From assembly GCA_002256025.1 (NCBI GenBank), contig NKIB01014492.1, forward strand, positions 1-42,961: a stretch of DNA of 42,961 bases. The letters are read 5' to 3'. The notes beneath the pieces are model-generated. The model was not told where the DNA came from, made no database searches, and worked only from the letters and a program-made list of their open reading frames with translations. Origin of the DNA: Asterionella formosa. Its lineage: Eukaryota. Numbering within the stretch: position 1 is the stretch's first letter; every line of letters begins with the position of its first letter. Both the position numbers and the translations under genes were made by a program. Below are positions 32,612-42,961 of the stretch, in pieces.

Positions 32612-35479
32612 ATGGACGTTAGCGACGAATTATTCATTGGTGTGCGCTTCCAACCACCTGCAATCAAGTATCACCGTGTGCGTCGCAGTGCTGTGTCCAT
32701 CTTCTCGCTGATCTTGTTGGGTTTACAGTCTTACTTTTTCCTCTCAAAACTTTGCGAGCCTCAGGATTGCAATACTCGACTTCTGTTAGAGACCAAGCCA
32801 TCAGTTCTGGAATATCGTCGAAATCAGCTTACAAAATCGGTTCCTGAATTGATTTTCTCCTATTATCTACCTGAACGAACTGTCACTGTCGCTGATACAG
32901 TGGCATGCGAAAGCACTTACTATGCCGCTTGGACTCTCCTTGCGTTTGTTTCTTCCGCTTTTGGATCTTTGATTGGCTTTACACTTGAGACTTACCTTTT
33001 CCTACACGGTGCGCCATTCTTTTTTGACTTTACGCCGATTTCATCATCTATTCTCAACATTCTTCAGTGGAACTATGCTTTCTTAGTCACTGCCACTGCC
33101 TTGACGACATTTGCGTTGACCTTTGATCCAAAGGAAGAGCCCCAGAAATTTCTCATTTTTTCCCACTTCGCATTGTTTTTCCTGGGTTTCTTGGGCACGT
33201 CTTTGTATTTTAACAAGGAACCGATTTTAACTGCTGTTCTTCGTTGGATAGTCATGATTCAACAAGTAGTGTGGATCTTTTCCCGCGGAACCGTTTCAGG
33301 AGGAGTAAGCGCATCCTACCTCTTGGGCTTAGGCTTGCTCTGTCATATATTGGGAGATCAACTATGCATTCGATCCACTCCAATCTACTCAACCATTCAC
33401 AACCTGCTTGCGTCCATCACGAGCTGGGCCATGTACAATGCGGTGATATCGGTGAGCAAGGTCGATTCTACCTATACCACCAGTGTAGCTCACGCCTTGG
33501 TACCACATCGTTTATATTTTATTTCATTGATATTGAGTTTCTTCGCAGGTTACGCCTGCATCCTCTTAATCTCCCGTGCCACGTATCAAGCATGGAGGAC
33601 TATGACATCCTACATCATCTGGAGTACGTTCTATTTTGGTATCCTCCGCGTACCTCGGTTGATGATTCATCCAGTCAGGTTGAGTGTCGTTTACAGTAAA
33701 CGTGCTATTCGCCGCACAACGCTGCGGCCATATTCGGAACAGCACGACAAATACATGCCGAAAGCACTTGGAATCCCAAGTATCAATGGGTAAGTGCTGG
33801 GCTTATGTAAAGAAATGTCATAAAATGATGCTTGTCTTGCATCACCTGTTCTCACATTTTTTCAGTCCTGTGCTTCTTTCAACAGTTGAAATTTTTTCGA
33901 CTATTCGCAAATTTCTCAATCTAGCATTTAGCATCATCACTTTCGTTGGAAACGTCTTTCCACAAGCCGATGTTACTTGCCCACTTCAATACAAGGAACG
34001 AATGAAGGTGTGGGAGGATGGTTCAAAGTACTTTCCAGCCTCATTTTTTTTCTTGAGTCAGAAAATGCCACATTTGGCCAAGACCCTTCACAAAACACCT
34101 CAGTCCGTGCTTGATGCATTTGTTGAAGGAAGGCTGTTAGCACATATGTGCCAATATGGAATTGGAAATAGCTTTCTCCGGCGGGCTATAGAACAAGACA
34201 AATATCCATTCTTCAAGTTAGTTGATAGGCATTCGCCGTTCGATGCAAGTCATGGTCTTGTAATAGATTTAAGCTACCTTGATCACTACGAGTCGAAAGC
34301 TGACTATGAGCCTTATGGTGGCATTGCTTTTTTTCGCATTCGAGGACGTGAGCTCTGCACCGAGTGGGTGATTGAGCCACGGGCCTTGACAAGAACATTC
34401 CGAATGGCTTCAAGTGCCCCGTTTCGCCGTATTGAAGGAATGATTAGAGCCTCTTTGGTTTTCTGTGTGATTGCAGGCAAACACTTAGCCGAGATTCACA
34501 TGGCGCTCAACCTACTCGAGATTGCATTGCATAATTCATTTGACTACGAATTAAATCCAACCTTTCGACCTGGTGACCAATTCAAAGCCCACCCCTTCCG
34601 TCTGCTCTTGTACATTCATCTGTTTTCTCATGGTCTGGCTGTTGAGCTTACAGTTTGTCACCTGCTTCAAGAAGGCGCCGTCTTCAGCCAAATCTTTGCT
34701 CTCACCCACAGTAGCTTGTGTGAGTACCTGACAAATGCATACAACAACTTTCGGTATTCTGCTGATGAAGACTTTGAAGAGCGGAGGTTAGCCATGCGTG
34801 CTCTGTTGAATTATAATGGGGCAATCTTTCTTCGGCCAAGCTTCACTTGTGCGCTCCAGTGGGAGCTGGAGTATAATAAGATTTTTGAAAAATATGCCAA
34901 TTCAGTGGTCGATGCAATTTACGTAAACAATCAAGACGTAAAGAACGACGCGCACATGAAGGCTTTTTTTGTCAGCATTGCTACCTTCAGAGATGTAAAT
35001 GCAGGTCCTGGCACTATGGAAACCAAAGCACAGATCAAACGATTCTTGAGTGACACAATTTTCCATATTATTATCAAGCACCAAATTTATGGAACAGAAG
35101 GTGTGATTGGAATGTTGGATCCTCGCATCAACAGTGTTCAGGTTCCTAGAGATGGTGGCCCTCCAGCAATCGATGAATGGCGATCCCTTGTATTTGCCGC
35201 AATAGCAACGGCCCACCCATCGTTTTCCCTTCTCCTCCAAGATCAAATAGTGGCAAAAGTGATTACAGGTGAGGCGATCCTTTCTGACATCTTCCGAGAT
35301 GCCACCCCAATCAATGATGATTCCCCTGCTGCCAAAGAAAGACTTTTTCGCCAACTCAAGGCAGCTTTTGATCAGATGCAGCAAGATCTACGCAATCTCA
35401 ACAATTCATGGGAATACAGAGGAAATGGGGAACGAGCTCGTAATGATGAGAATTATATGTATGGCCGTTGCCTTCCAGC
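32612..35479 (+). CDS. Multipass membrane domain fused to a lipoxygenase-like catalytic domain (2 exons; last codons in gap)
   Basis: Exon 1 is 32612-33789, then an intron at 33790-33865 (gtaagt...ttcag), and exon 2 from 33866 joins in frame (..PSING-PVLL..). About 8 hydrophobic helices, then LOX-type motifs KHLAEIH, HPFRLLLYIH, VYVNNQDVKND-like segment (IYVNNQDVKNDAHM), IKHQIYG, and terminal NYMYGRCLP. Confidence 0.75.
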
Positions 35480-36131
35480 NNNNNNNNNNNNNNNNNNNNN
35501 NNNNNNNNNNNNNNNNNNNNNNNNNNNNNNNNNNNNNNNNNNNNNNNNNNNNNNNNNNNNNNNNNNNNNNNNNNNNNNNNNNNNNNNNNNNNNNNNNNNN
35601 NNNNNNNNNNNNNNNNNNNNNNNNNNNNNNNNNNNNNNNNNNNNNNNNNNNNNNNNNNNNNNNNNNNNNNNNNNNNNNNNNNNNNNNNNNNNNNNNNNNN
35701 NNNNNNNNNNNNNNNNNNNNNNNNNNNNNNNNNNNNNNNNNNNNNNNNNNNNNNNNNNNNNNNNNNNNNNNNNNNNNNNNNNNNNNNNNNNNNNNNNNNN
35801 NNNNNNNNNNNNNNNNNNNNNNNNNNNNNNNNNNNNNNNNNNNNNNNNNNNNNNNNNNNNNNNNNNNNNNNNNNNNNNNNNNNNNNNNNNNNNNNNNNNN
35901 NNNNNNNNNNNNNNNNNNNNNNNNNNNNNNNNNNNNNNNNNNNNNNNNNNNNNNNNNNNNNNNNNNNNNNNNNNNNNNNNNNNNNNNNNNNNNNNNNNNN
36001 NNNNNNNNNNNNNNNNNNNNNTCATTGCTGGATCGATCTCATTCCCATTCCCATTCCCCTTTCTGCATATTCCGCCATTCCTCCCTCCTCTTTATATCGA
36101 TCTATACAACTTCAGCCGTCAGTAAAGCATC

Positions 36132-36722
36132 ATGTCAACCGCAGCACTTGCTACCAAGGAAGTGCCCGGCGAATCTCACGTTTCTGATCCAGCCATGGAA
36201 TTTTTACTTCAAGCCGTGTTGAAATGGGTCGAACAGCACTGCCAAACAGCAGCAACAGCAACAGACGACGAGTCTGCCATTTTTGCTGCTGAAATGGCAG
36301 CTGCCAAATTAGAACGCATGGGATATAGTGTTGGCTTTCGTCTGTGTGAACGGTTGGCACAAAACAAAACCTTTGGAACGTCCGGGAAAGATCCAGCTCA
36401 GGCCGTTGCGGCATCTCAATTGGAAGCGGTGAAATTTTTGTGTAAAGAATTCTGGATGGAGGTGTTTCGGAAACAAATTGATAAATTACAGACGAATCAC
36501 AGAGGTGTCTTTGTATTGAAGGATACAGAGCTGAGGTGGTTGTCTCGATTGCCGCCGAATCAAGAAGAGGCTCGAGTTGTGGCCATTCAATTGTTGGCCT
36601 TTCCCTGTGGATTGATACGAGGAGCGTTGGCCAATCTCGGTATCCCTGCCGTCGTGAGTTGTGACTTTTTGTCGGACGGGGCCAATATGGCAGCGTGCTC
36701 GTTCAATATCAAGATTAAATAG
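36132..36722 (+). CDS. TRAPPC6: TRAPP complex subunit Trs33/TRAPPC6 (Bet3 family)
   Basis: LERMGYSVGFRLCERL, VKFLCKEFWMEVFRKQIDKLQTNHRGVFVLKD, FPCGLIRGALANLG, CSFNIKI. Confidence 0.95.
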   Translation: MSTAALATKEVPGESHVSDPAMEFLLQAVLKWVEQHCQTAATATDDESAIFAAEMAAAKLERMGYSVGFRLCERLAQNKTFGTSGKDPAQAVAASQLEAVKFLCKEFWMEVFRKQIDKLQTNHRGVFVLKDTELRWLSRLPPNQEEARVVAIQLLAFPCGLIRGALANLGIPAVVSCDFLSDGANMAACSFNIKIK

Positions 36723-36827
36723 TTGAAAATGGGGACTTTATATACATGTTGATTTATAGCTATGCCTGTGCCTATTGCATGGTATAGTATTGTAGCATGA
36801 TCGATACATGGGTACATGAATGGCTTG

Positions 36828-37770
36828 TTAGTGCGTCATTCCAAATCGTTTCTTCCAACGCAAGCCTCTCAACTGCGATTTAGCATCTGCCAGTTCTTGT
36901 CGCATGTCATCCATATTCCGGGTTGACAAGACGTTCGAAAGCTCTGCTTCCAAGGTAGCCACTGTATATTCTAAACGAGAAAGTTCCAATTCTATATTGG
37001 ACATGGTCTGTTTTTGTCGTTGTTGCTCGGCAGTAGGTGGTGGCGATTGATAAAACCAAGATGAGTACGTATGATAGTACTGCGTCAATGGAGACGACGT
37101 TGATGGCGAAGTAGCAGTAGTAGCAATACCATCATCCATGAGCGTGTCGGTAGTTGCGGCAAGGTCTGGAAAATCAATAGCCAAACGAGTCCCATCCTTG
37201 TCCTCCTGTCCCACCAACATGCTTGGTGTGATCGTGCCTGGATAGAATGCTAGTTCCTTGGTTACTACCATGCCCCCATCGTCTATCCTCATGACTGTCA
37301 CAGGAATATCACTTTGAAGGAGTTGTTGTTGAATGATAGTGTCTTGTTGTCGCTGGTGCAAGGGAGGCTCGTCCTCAAGCTGATAGGGAGGCTCCTGTCC
37401 AGCCACCATTTCAGGATATGCGATCCCATCATGTTCTGGTCTTCCAAAGTAGGTTCGAAGCATCTCTTGTAATCCAGGGATCCATTGTTCCGCCCACCGT
37501 CGCGAGGGTTCATGTATGGAAAGGCCCCATGCCATGGTGTATGGAATCAGTACACATGCGACAACATTTCTAGCAATAATGACTGATCGAGGCCAAGGCT
37601 TCTCCGCTGAAGCTGCTGCAGTAGTACTTGCGAGTTTCGGGACCCTTTTGGCTTGATGATGAGCGTCCCAAGCTCGTCGTGATACCACGCGAAGCTGTCG
37701 ATGCTTGTTCGACAAGACCTTTTCATTGCTTGATGAATTGACGAATGTAGAAGCACTTGTACTGGTACTG
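36828..37770 (-). CDS. Hypothetical single-TM protein with C-terminal coiled coil; 5' end in gap, possibly mitochondrial
   Basis: About 313 open codons from the gap edge to the stop. Basic Ser/Thr-rich N-terminal part, hydrophobic VVACVLIPYTMAWGL, heptad-like LELSRLEYTVATLEAEL. Confidence 0.7.
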
Positions 37771-40021
37771 NNNNNNNNNNNNNNNNNNNNNNNNNNNNNN
37801 NNNNNNNNNNNNNNNNNNNNNNNNNNNNNNNNNNNNNNNNNNNNNNNNNNNNNNNNNNNNNNNNNNNNNNNNNNNNNNNNNNNNNNNNNNNNNNNNNNNN
37901 NNNNNNNNNNNNNNNNNNNNNNNNNNNNNNNNNNNNNNNNNNNNNNNNNNNNNNNNNNNNNNNNNNNNNNNNNNNNNNNNNNNNNNNNNNNNNNNNNNNN
38001 NNNNNNNNNNNNNNNNNNNNNNNNNNNNNNNNNNNNNNNNNNNNNNNNNNNNNNNNNNNNNNNNNNNNNNNNNNNNNNNNNNNNNNNNNNNNNNNNNNNN
38101 NNNNNNNNNNNNNNNNNNNNNNNNNNNNNNNNNNNNNNNNNNNNNNNNNNNNNNNNNNNNNNNNNNNNNNNNNNNNNNNNATATACCACAAGCAAGTTCT
38201 TGACGAGGTAATTTTGCTGAAATGGACAACGTAACGAAGGACAGGCGCTCAAAAGACTATTGGTAAATATATAAATAGAGAACGTCATCAACTCTCTCAT
38301 TGAATTGACAGTATCACGACTTGTACAAGGACTGCAAAGAGGACTAAAACAATAAGATGATTAATTAAAGCAAAACATGTCAAACAAGTTGTTTATTAGC
38401 TTGCTTAGATCTGATTGTTTGTATTGTTGATACTTCAAAAAGGATGCATTGCTTGTGACATTGGGAGTGATGGAATCATGATAAGCAAGCAATGAAAAGA
38501 TTTCAAAATTGTTTGCTTACCAGTAAACCGGTATACTTTGCATTATATCCATTATATGTATGTATTCGACAGTCAATATACACAGTAGCCCAGTAACACT
38601 TCCATGTGCTTTTCGTGTTTTGTGGAGCAAGCTTACCTCGTCTAAATCGATAGGGATGTAATAAAAAGCAACAGTGGTCGTAAATTCATTCCATAAAATT
38701 CGATTTTGATGAAATTGATATTAGTGGGCCAGAGCGAATTCCATATTTTCCATAGAGATACAATTTTGACTATTCCCCTTGAATTCTCGATGAAGTCGAA
38801 AGTGAGAGGAAAATAGAGGATTAGCATACAACTTTTTAGTCTAAAAGTCAAAATTTGTTGTAGCGCCCTGGCATCTTGCTGTTCAAGCTTGTAACTTTGA
38901 AGAAATGCTCCATGTGTCATGTCTCGTCTATATCAATCATCCAAGTGAATGTTGCTTCAGAGTACTTGGTAGCTTCTTAGTAGAGGAGCCCTTGTTCATA
39001 CATGCTCTGCTGTAGCTGGAAAGTTGCAGATTTGTAATCGAAATTAGTTTCAAAATGATTTATTCTAAGAATAGAAGTTCAAAGCGGTAAAATAATCTCG
39101 ATAGTATAGGAGGTTCAAAACAGTTTTCATTTGGTAGTAATATGTACCTGGAACCAGTACCCGCCCCCCCCCGGTAGCTAAGTCTACATTATAATACCTG
39201 GTGGGAAATAGTATGGAAAACGTGCTTGCACACATGGAAGTGAATTTTTGATTCACTTTTCAAAATTCGCCGCAAAAAGCAACTAAAGGCGTTATAGATT
39301 AATGTCCTTTGGGATGGGCCAGCGGGGTAAAATGCATGCATGCTGCTGGCATTCCCACCAAGGAACTTTTAACTTAAGAAAGAAAATGACATCTTGGTTA
39401 GTAAACTTAAGCAGCGAACGTCAATCTTGCTTAAACTTAAAGCAGCAAACGAACTTCCAAGTACATTAGGGTTAGGGGATGTCTTTATTTCAGCCTACCG
39501 GTCATACCAGGTAGCAGGATGGAGGGGAGCTAACACAACGACGGTGTTCATAAGAAGTACTGGAGTAAATTCTCTTGGGAATTTTACCAAACAGGGTTGA
39601 AAAAGAGAAAACTATCCTTAAATTCGACTGCCCATTGCCATTCTTTGCACCACAATTGCACCACCGATTGCACCACTATTACTTAGAGAAACCTGAATTG
39701 CACCACCAGACTACAAATATATCAAATCCGTGCTATTGCCTGCTCTACCGGTGTGATATTTGCTGCATAGGATCACGATCAGATTCATATGTATAAGAAA
39801 TGTGCTGCATACTAGTACTAGTCAACTGCCATAGTAGCCTTTACCAGCCAGGAGTACCTGGTGGTACTGGTACCTGGTACCATACAGTATAGTTATTTGT
39901 TAGTTTGTCTGAGTGCAGCGTCAAAAGACCCAAGGTACCACCTGGTACCTGGTAACCCTGGTACCTGGTAGTATGTATCATAGCCCTGTGTAGGCCTTGT
40001 ATACCAGTACCTGGTCCCAGG

Positions 40022-40635
40022 TACCAGTTAAAAACTGTAAGCCACCGTTATTTTAATCCATCTTCCGACTGAAAATATTTAAGTATTATGTCAATCGAAA
40101 CCTCAAGCAAGTACGAAGAGTATGTTCGACGATGCACTCTACTCTACTCAACGAATAAGTAATAAGTTTCGATTCAGTAATACGAAATATAATTTATGTA
40201 AAAGGATGATTGTTGATACTATGCTTCGCCTTGTGTTGGCTGCTTACAATGATAGTAGGAGTACAGTAGTACCTGGTATCTGGCACCGGTAATCCTAATA
40301 TTCATAAAAGTAATAAAAAATATTTTTATGGTACCGATGCATCGAGTAAAATAAAATAAGGTTTGGGTGTAAAAAAGCTTCATGAATGGATTAAAAAAAA
40401 TTGTTCTGAAAGACAACATGTGTTGTGAGTCAAAATGGGTGACATAAAACCGTATTGATCTTCATAACTGAATGTTCTACTTCTTCAAAACTGACTATAT
40501 GATACCTATTACCCTTCTGTCTCCTACAATTAAGTTCATACTTGGTTCGAATTTTATTTTTAAGAAACATCGATAATTTTAGTCGAAAGATGGAGTGATG
40601 AAATGTTGGCTCTCAGTTCTTTTTAGTAGGTGGTA
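40022..40635. mobile_element. Older MITE of the same TA|CCA.. family as 28126-28561, with ~60-bp imperfect TIRs
   Basis: Left taccagttaaaaactgtaagcca..tccatcttccgactgaaaatat; right end (reverse complement) taccacctactaaaaagaactgagagcca..tccatctttcgactaaaattat. 40540-40635 also matches 28126-28220 in inverted orientation (attatcgatgtttcttaaa..taaaattcgaac). Confidence 0.7.
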
Positions 40636-41691
40636 CCCAAAATACTGGTGTAAAACTTGTTAAAAGTTGCTTCAGGTACTCCTTTCTGTCTGATGGGTAT
40701 CCCCTTGTGTAGGTCTTACCTGTTGTACTACTAGCTAGTTTTGTTATCTTTTGCTGCTAGCCTTCATGCTGTTTTTCACTACTGACCCTGCTAGTAGGAC
40801 TCTATCAATTAGAACCTAGTTTCAATCCCATTCATCAAACTTTGGGAACCTGTTCTTCATGTTCCCTTGTCATTGATGTAAACCTTCTTCTGATTGATCT
40901 AAAACATCACTCTCTTTAACAAGCTTCTTGCCATTGGAATGCACAATTTGACTCATTGGACTATGATCGAGTCCACAGTCCTCATGACTCGTTATATCCA
41001 TTGATATTTGACATGTTGTATCGTTGACGAGGACTACGGTAACATGTTTAGAATGTCTGTACTGGTTCCTACAGCCGTATTTTACGCATTTATCAAATTC
41101 AGAGCAGCAGCTGGGGTTACCGGGTAGGAAGTCTGATCCTCGGTAAATTCGGACGGCTGTGAAGTGTGACGCATCAGCTTCAATACATCAAAGCTACTTG
41201 GTACTCATTAACCCTACCCACCGTTCTCTCGTACGTACTGGTACCAGGTACCTGGTATATTCCGACCAGCAGCAAGCATGCTAAGCTTGTTTCGTCTGCA
41301 CAATTGTGCATATTTGATACAAGCAAACAAAAGTTGTGTTGTGTTATGTAGGAGTACCGGTACAGACAGAGGACAAAAATACATGCAAACCTACATCTCT
41401 CTGTGTATGCAATAACCAGGAAGAGGTACTACCGGTAGGTGGTACCAGGTAGTACCGGGTACATCGATGAGGATTAGTAGGTCTTTAGTCTACATACTTG
41501 ATGTATTAAATTATGCTCGTCCTCGGAGCTCAAGAATCAGTGAACAATAGTTTGCAAGAAACCTACTCATAGAGTAGATGTCGGAGGAGCTCTGGGCTAC
41601 GTTCATTTCTCCAAATGAAAGTACATGTAAATATGATAGGATTACGCGAGATGGGAGGAATAATAGCCTGCTTGATTGTGTCCTATTTCAT

Positions 41692-42837
41692 CTACTTTGT
41701 CATGCTCATATCTGCTTTGCTTGCCTGTACCGGAGGCATGTTATAAAAGTTGACTTCATCTCTATAGCCCCCTTGACCAACCCAGTTGGAATTCTGCCCC
41801 TTAATCTTGGTTCTTTTCATTTGTGAACAAAGCGCTGGACGGCCAAGTAGAAAGAATTCATGGTAGTATGAACCCTTGTCCCTGCCTTCAGTGATGCGCT
41901 TGAAATCATATAGATTCAGTTGTCTCTGAAAGCTTGAAAAGCGACTCATGCGGAAATACCCGGGCATGATTTCAGTAACAAACCTCTTCGGGTTGTTGAT
42001 GGAGAAGGCTCGTCCATGAGGAAGAAACGACGCCACTTCAGCGCCCCCAGGTGTTTTCTCCAGGTCGGTCAACATGCGATGTAGTTTTTGAGGAAATGGA
42101 TCTGCCGCTCCCCCTCGTCGACCGCCATGCTTCTCGGAAGCGACGCTTTCAGGAGCGACGACGACAGGATCAGGCATGAGCGATGCATCTCTGTACTTGC
42201 TATTCGCTGCCAAGTCTTTCAAGCCTTGGTGCTGCGAAGCAGCATAAAGCTGTTGGGCGTGAGACGCCTGCTGCAGGAGCAAAGTCGCGTTGCTCCCGCC
42301 AGGAAACAAATCAGTAGCACGGTGACCGGCAGCGGCAAGAGCGCGAAATTGCTGAGCTTGCTGGACTGCTTCTTGGTTTGCTGCAGCACGACGGAAGAGG
42401 AGACTGTTGGTAGCCAACGAGTTCTGTGACATTGCATGTAGCTGCGCTGCAAAGTCAGGCCTGATCCCAGCCGCAGAGGTCAGGGCAGACACTTGTGCAT
42501 TGAGGGCGGAAGCTTGATTCATTGCAGCAAGCTGATTGACAATCATCTGCTTCTCTGCGCGCTCTTGAGCTAGGGCAGCTTTCAGAAATGTGTTCTCGCT
42601 GTTGGAAGCAGCACCCGAGAAGCTGAAGAAGTCTGTGTTGCCAGCAGCAGCTGCTGCGACCAACTGTTGCTGAGCTTGAAAGAAAGCAGCCTGAGAGTTG
42701 TTCCCTTGTTGGTGTGCTCTGGTCGCCAAGCCAGCAGCCCACAGCGCATTGACAGTTGCATCGGAGGGCACATGAAGTCCTGCCATGGCAAGAAGAGCCG
42801 CGTGCTTATTAGAAGGAGATTCAGGAAGGCCAGTCAT
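41692..42837 (-). CDS. Heat shock factor-type transcription factor with a C-terminal HSF DNA-binding domain
   Basis: PFPQKLHRML, SFLPHGRAF, IMPGYFRMSRFSSFQRQLNLYDFKRI, GSYYHEFFLLGRP. Ala/Gln-rich N-terminus. Confidence 0.93.
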   Translation of the reverse strand: MTGLPESPSNKHAALLAMAGLHVPSDATVNALWAAGLATRAHQQGNNSQAAFFQAQQQLVAAAAAGNTDFFSFSGAASNSENTFLKAALAQERAEKQMIVNQLAAMNQASALNAQVSALTSAAGIRPDFAAQLHAMSQNSLATNSLLFRRAAANQEAVQQAQQFRALAAAGHRATDLFPGGSNATLLLQQASHAQQLYAASQHQGLKDLAANSKYRDASLMPDPVVVAPESVASEKHGGRRGGAADPFPQKLHRMLTDLEKTPGGAEVASFLPHGRAFSINNPKRFVTEIMPGYFRMSRFSSFQRQLNLYDFKRITEGRDKGSYYHEFFLLGRPALCSQMKRTKIKGQNSNWVGQGGYRDEVNFYNMPPVQASKADMSMTK

Positions 42838-42961
42838 GATGCTGATTCAGTGGGGGGGGGGGGGTTTGTTTCGAACTGTGCCTGTGCTCGGTACTTGTAC
42901 GAATCCGAACCAATCTGCAGAATAAGGTAAGTTCGTGGTGATGTGGCAAGAATGTACGTAA

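Noticed and set aside
33684..33865. Separate start for the lipoxygenase-like ORF
   Set aside because: Better explained as an alternate frame of exon 1 plus a canonical 76-nt intron that joins the frames.
38640..39060. Coding-like minus-strand fragments (also 40650-41050)
   Set aside because: Short and interrupted, with no identifiable domain.
39466..39478. TTAGGG x2 as a telomere
   Set aside because: Only two units, and internal; not a chromosome end.
42088..42791. Several short ORFs overlapping the HSF gene
   Set aside because: Alternate-frame or antisense shadows of the Ala/Gln-rich CDS.

Overview
Eukaryotic nuclear DNA from a draft scaffold with four N gaps, almost certainly a diatom. 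This is inferred from short GT-AG introns, bipartite plastid-targeting presequences, a frustulin-type CEGDCD-repeat protein and a diatom-style HSF. About 14 genes can be supported: a sulfotransferase-like membrane protein with a Lys/Thr/Pro repeat tail, a DUF6816-like protein, GST, otubain, a signal-peptide DDI1-like aspartyl protease, ethanolamine kinase, ISCU, a frustulin-like protein, a CpcT/CpeT-like protein, a Cys-motif membrane protein, LYRM7, a multipass-membrane/lipoxygenase-like fusion, TRAPPC6 and an HSF, plus one hypothetical gene. Between them lie decayed DNA transposons (a PIF/Harbinger transposase, a Mutator-like transposase with further copies of its terminus, TA-flanked MITEs), gene fragments and tandem repeats. 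Most notable: (1) a spliced gene joining a multipass membrane domain to a divergent lipoxygenase domain; (2) TACC(A/T)GGTA-rich tracts upstream of many genes that resemble stacked excision footprints of a TA|CC...GG|TA MITE family present in the window; (3) a DDI1-type protease with a signal peptide and no UBL/UBA domains. All family calls come from motif recognition by eye, with no database search.
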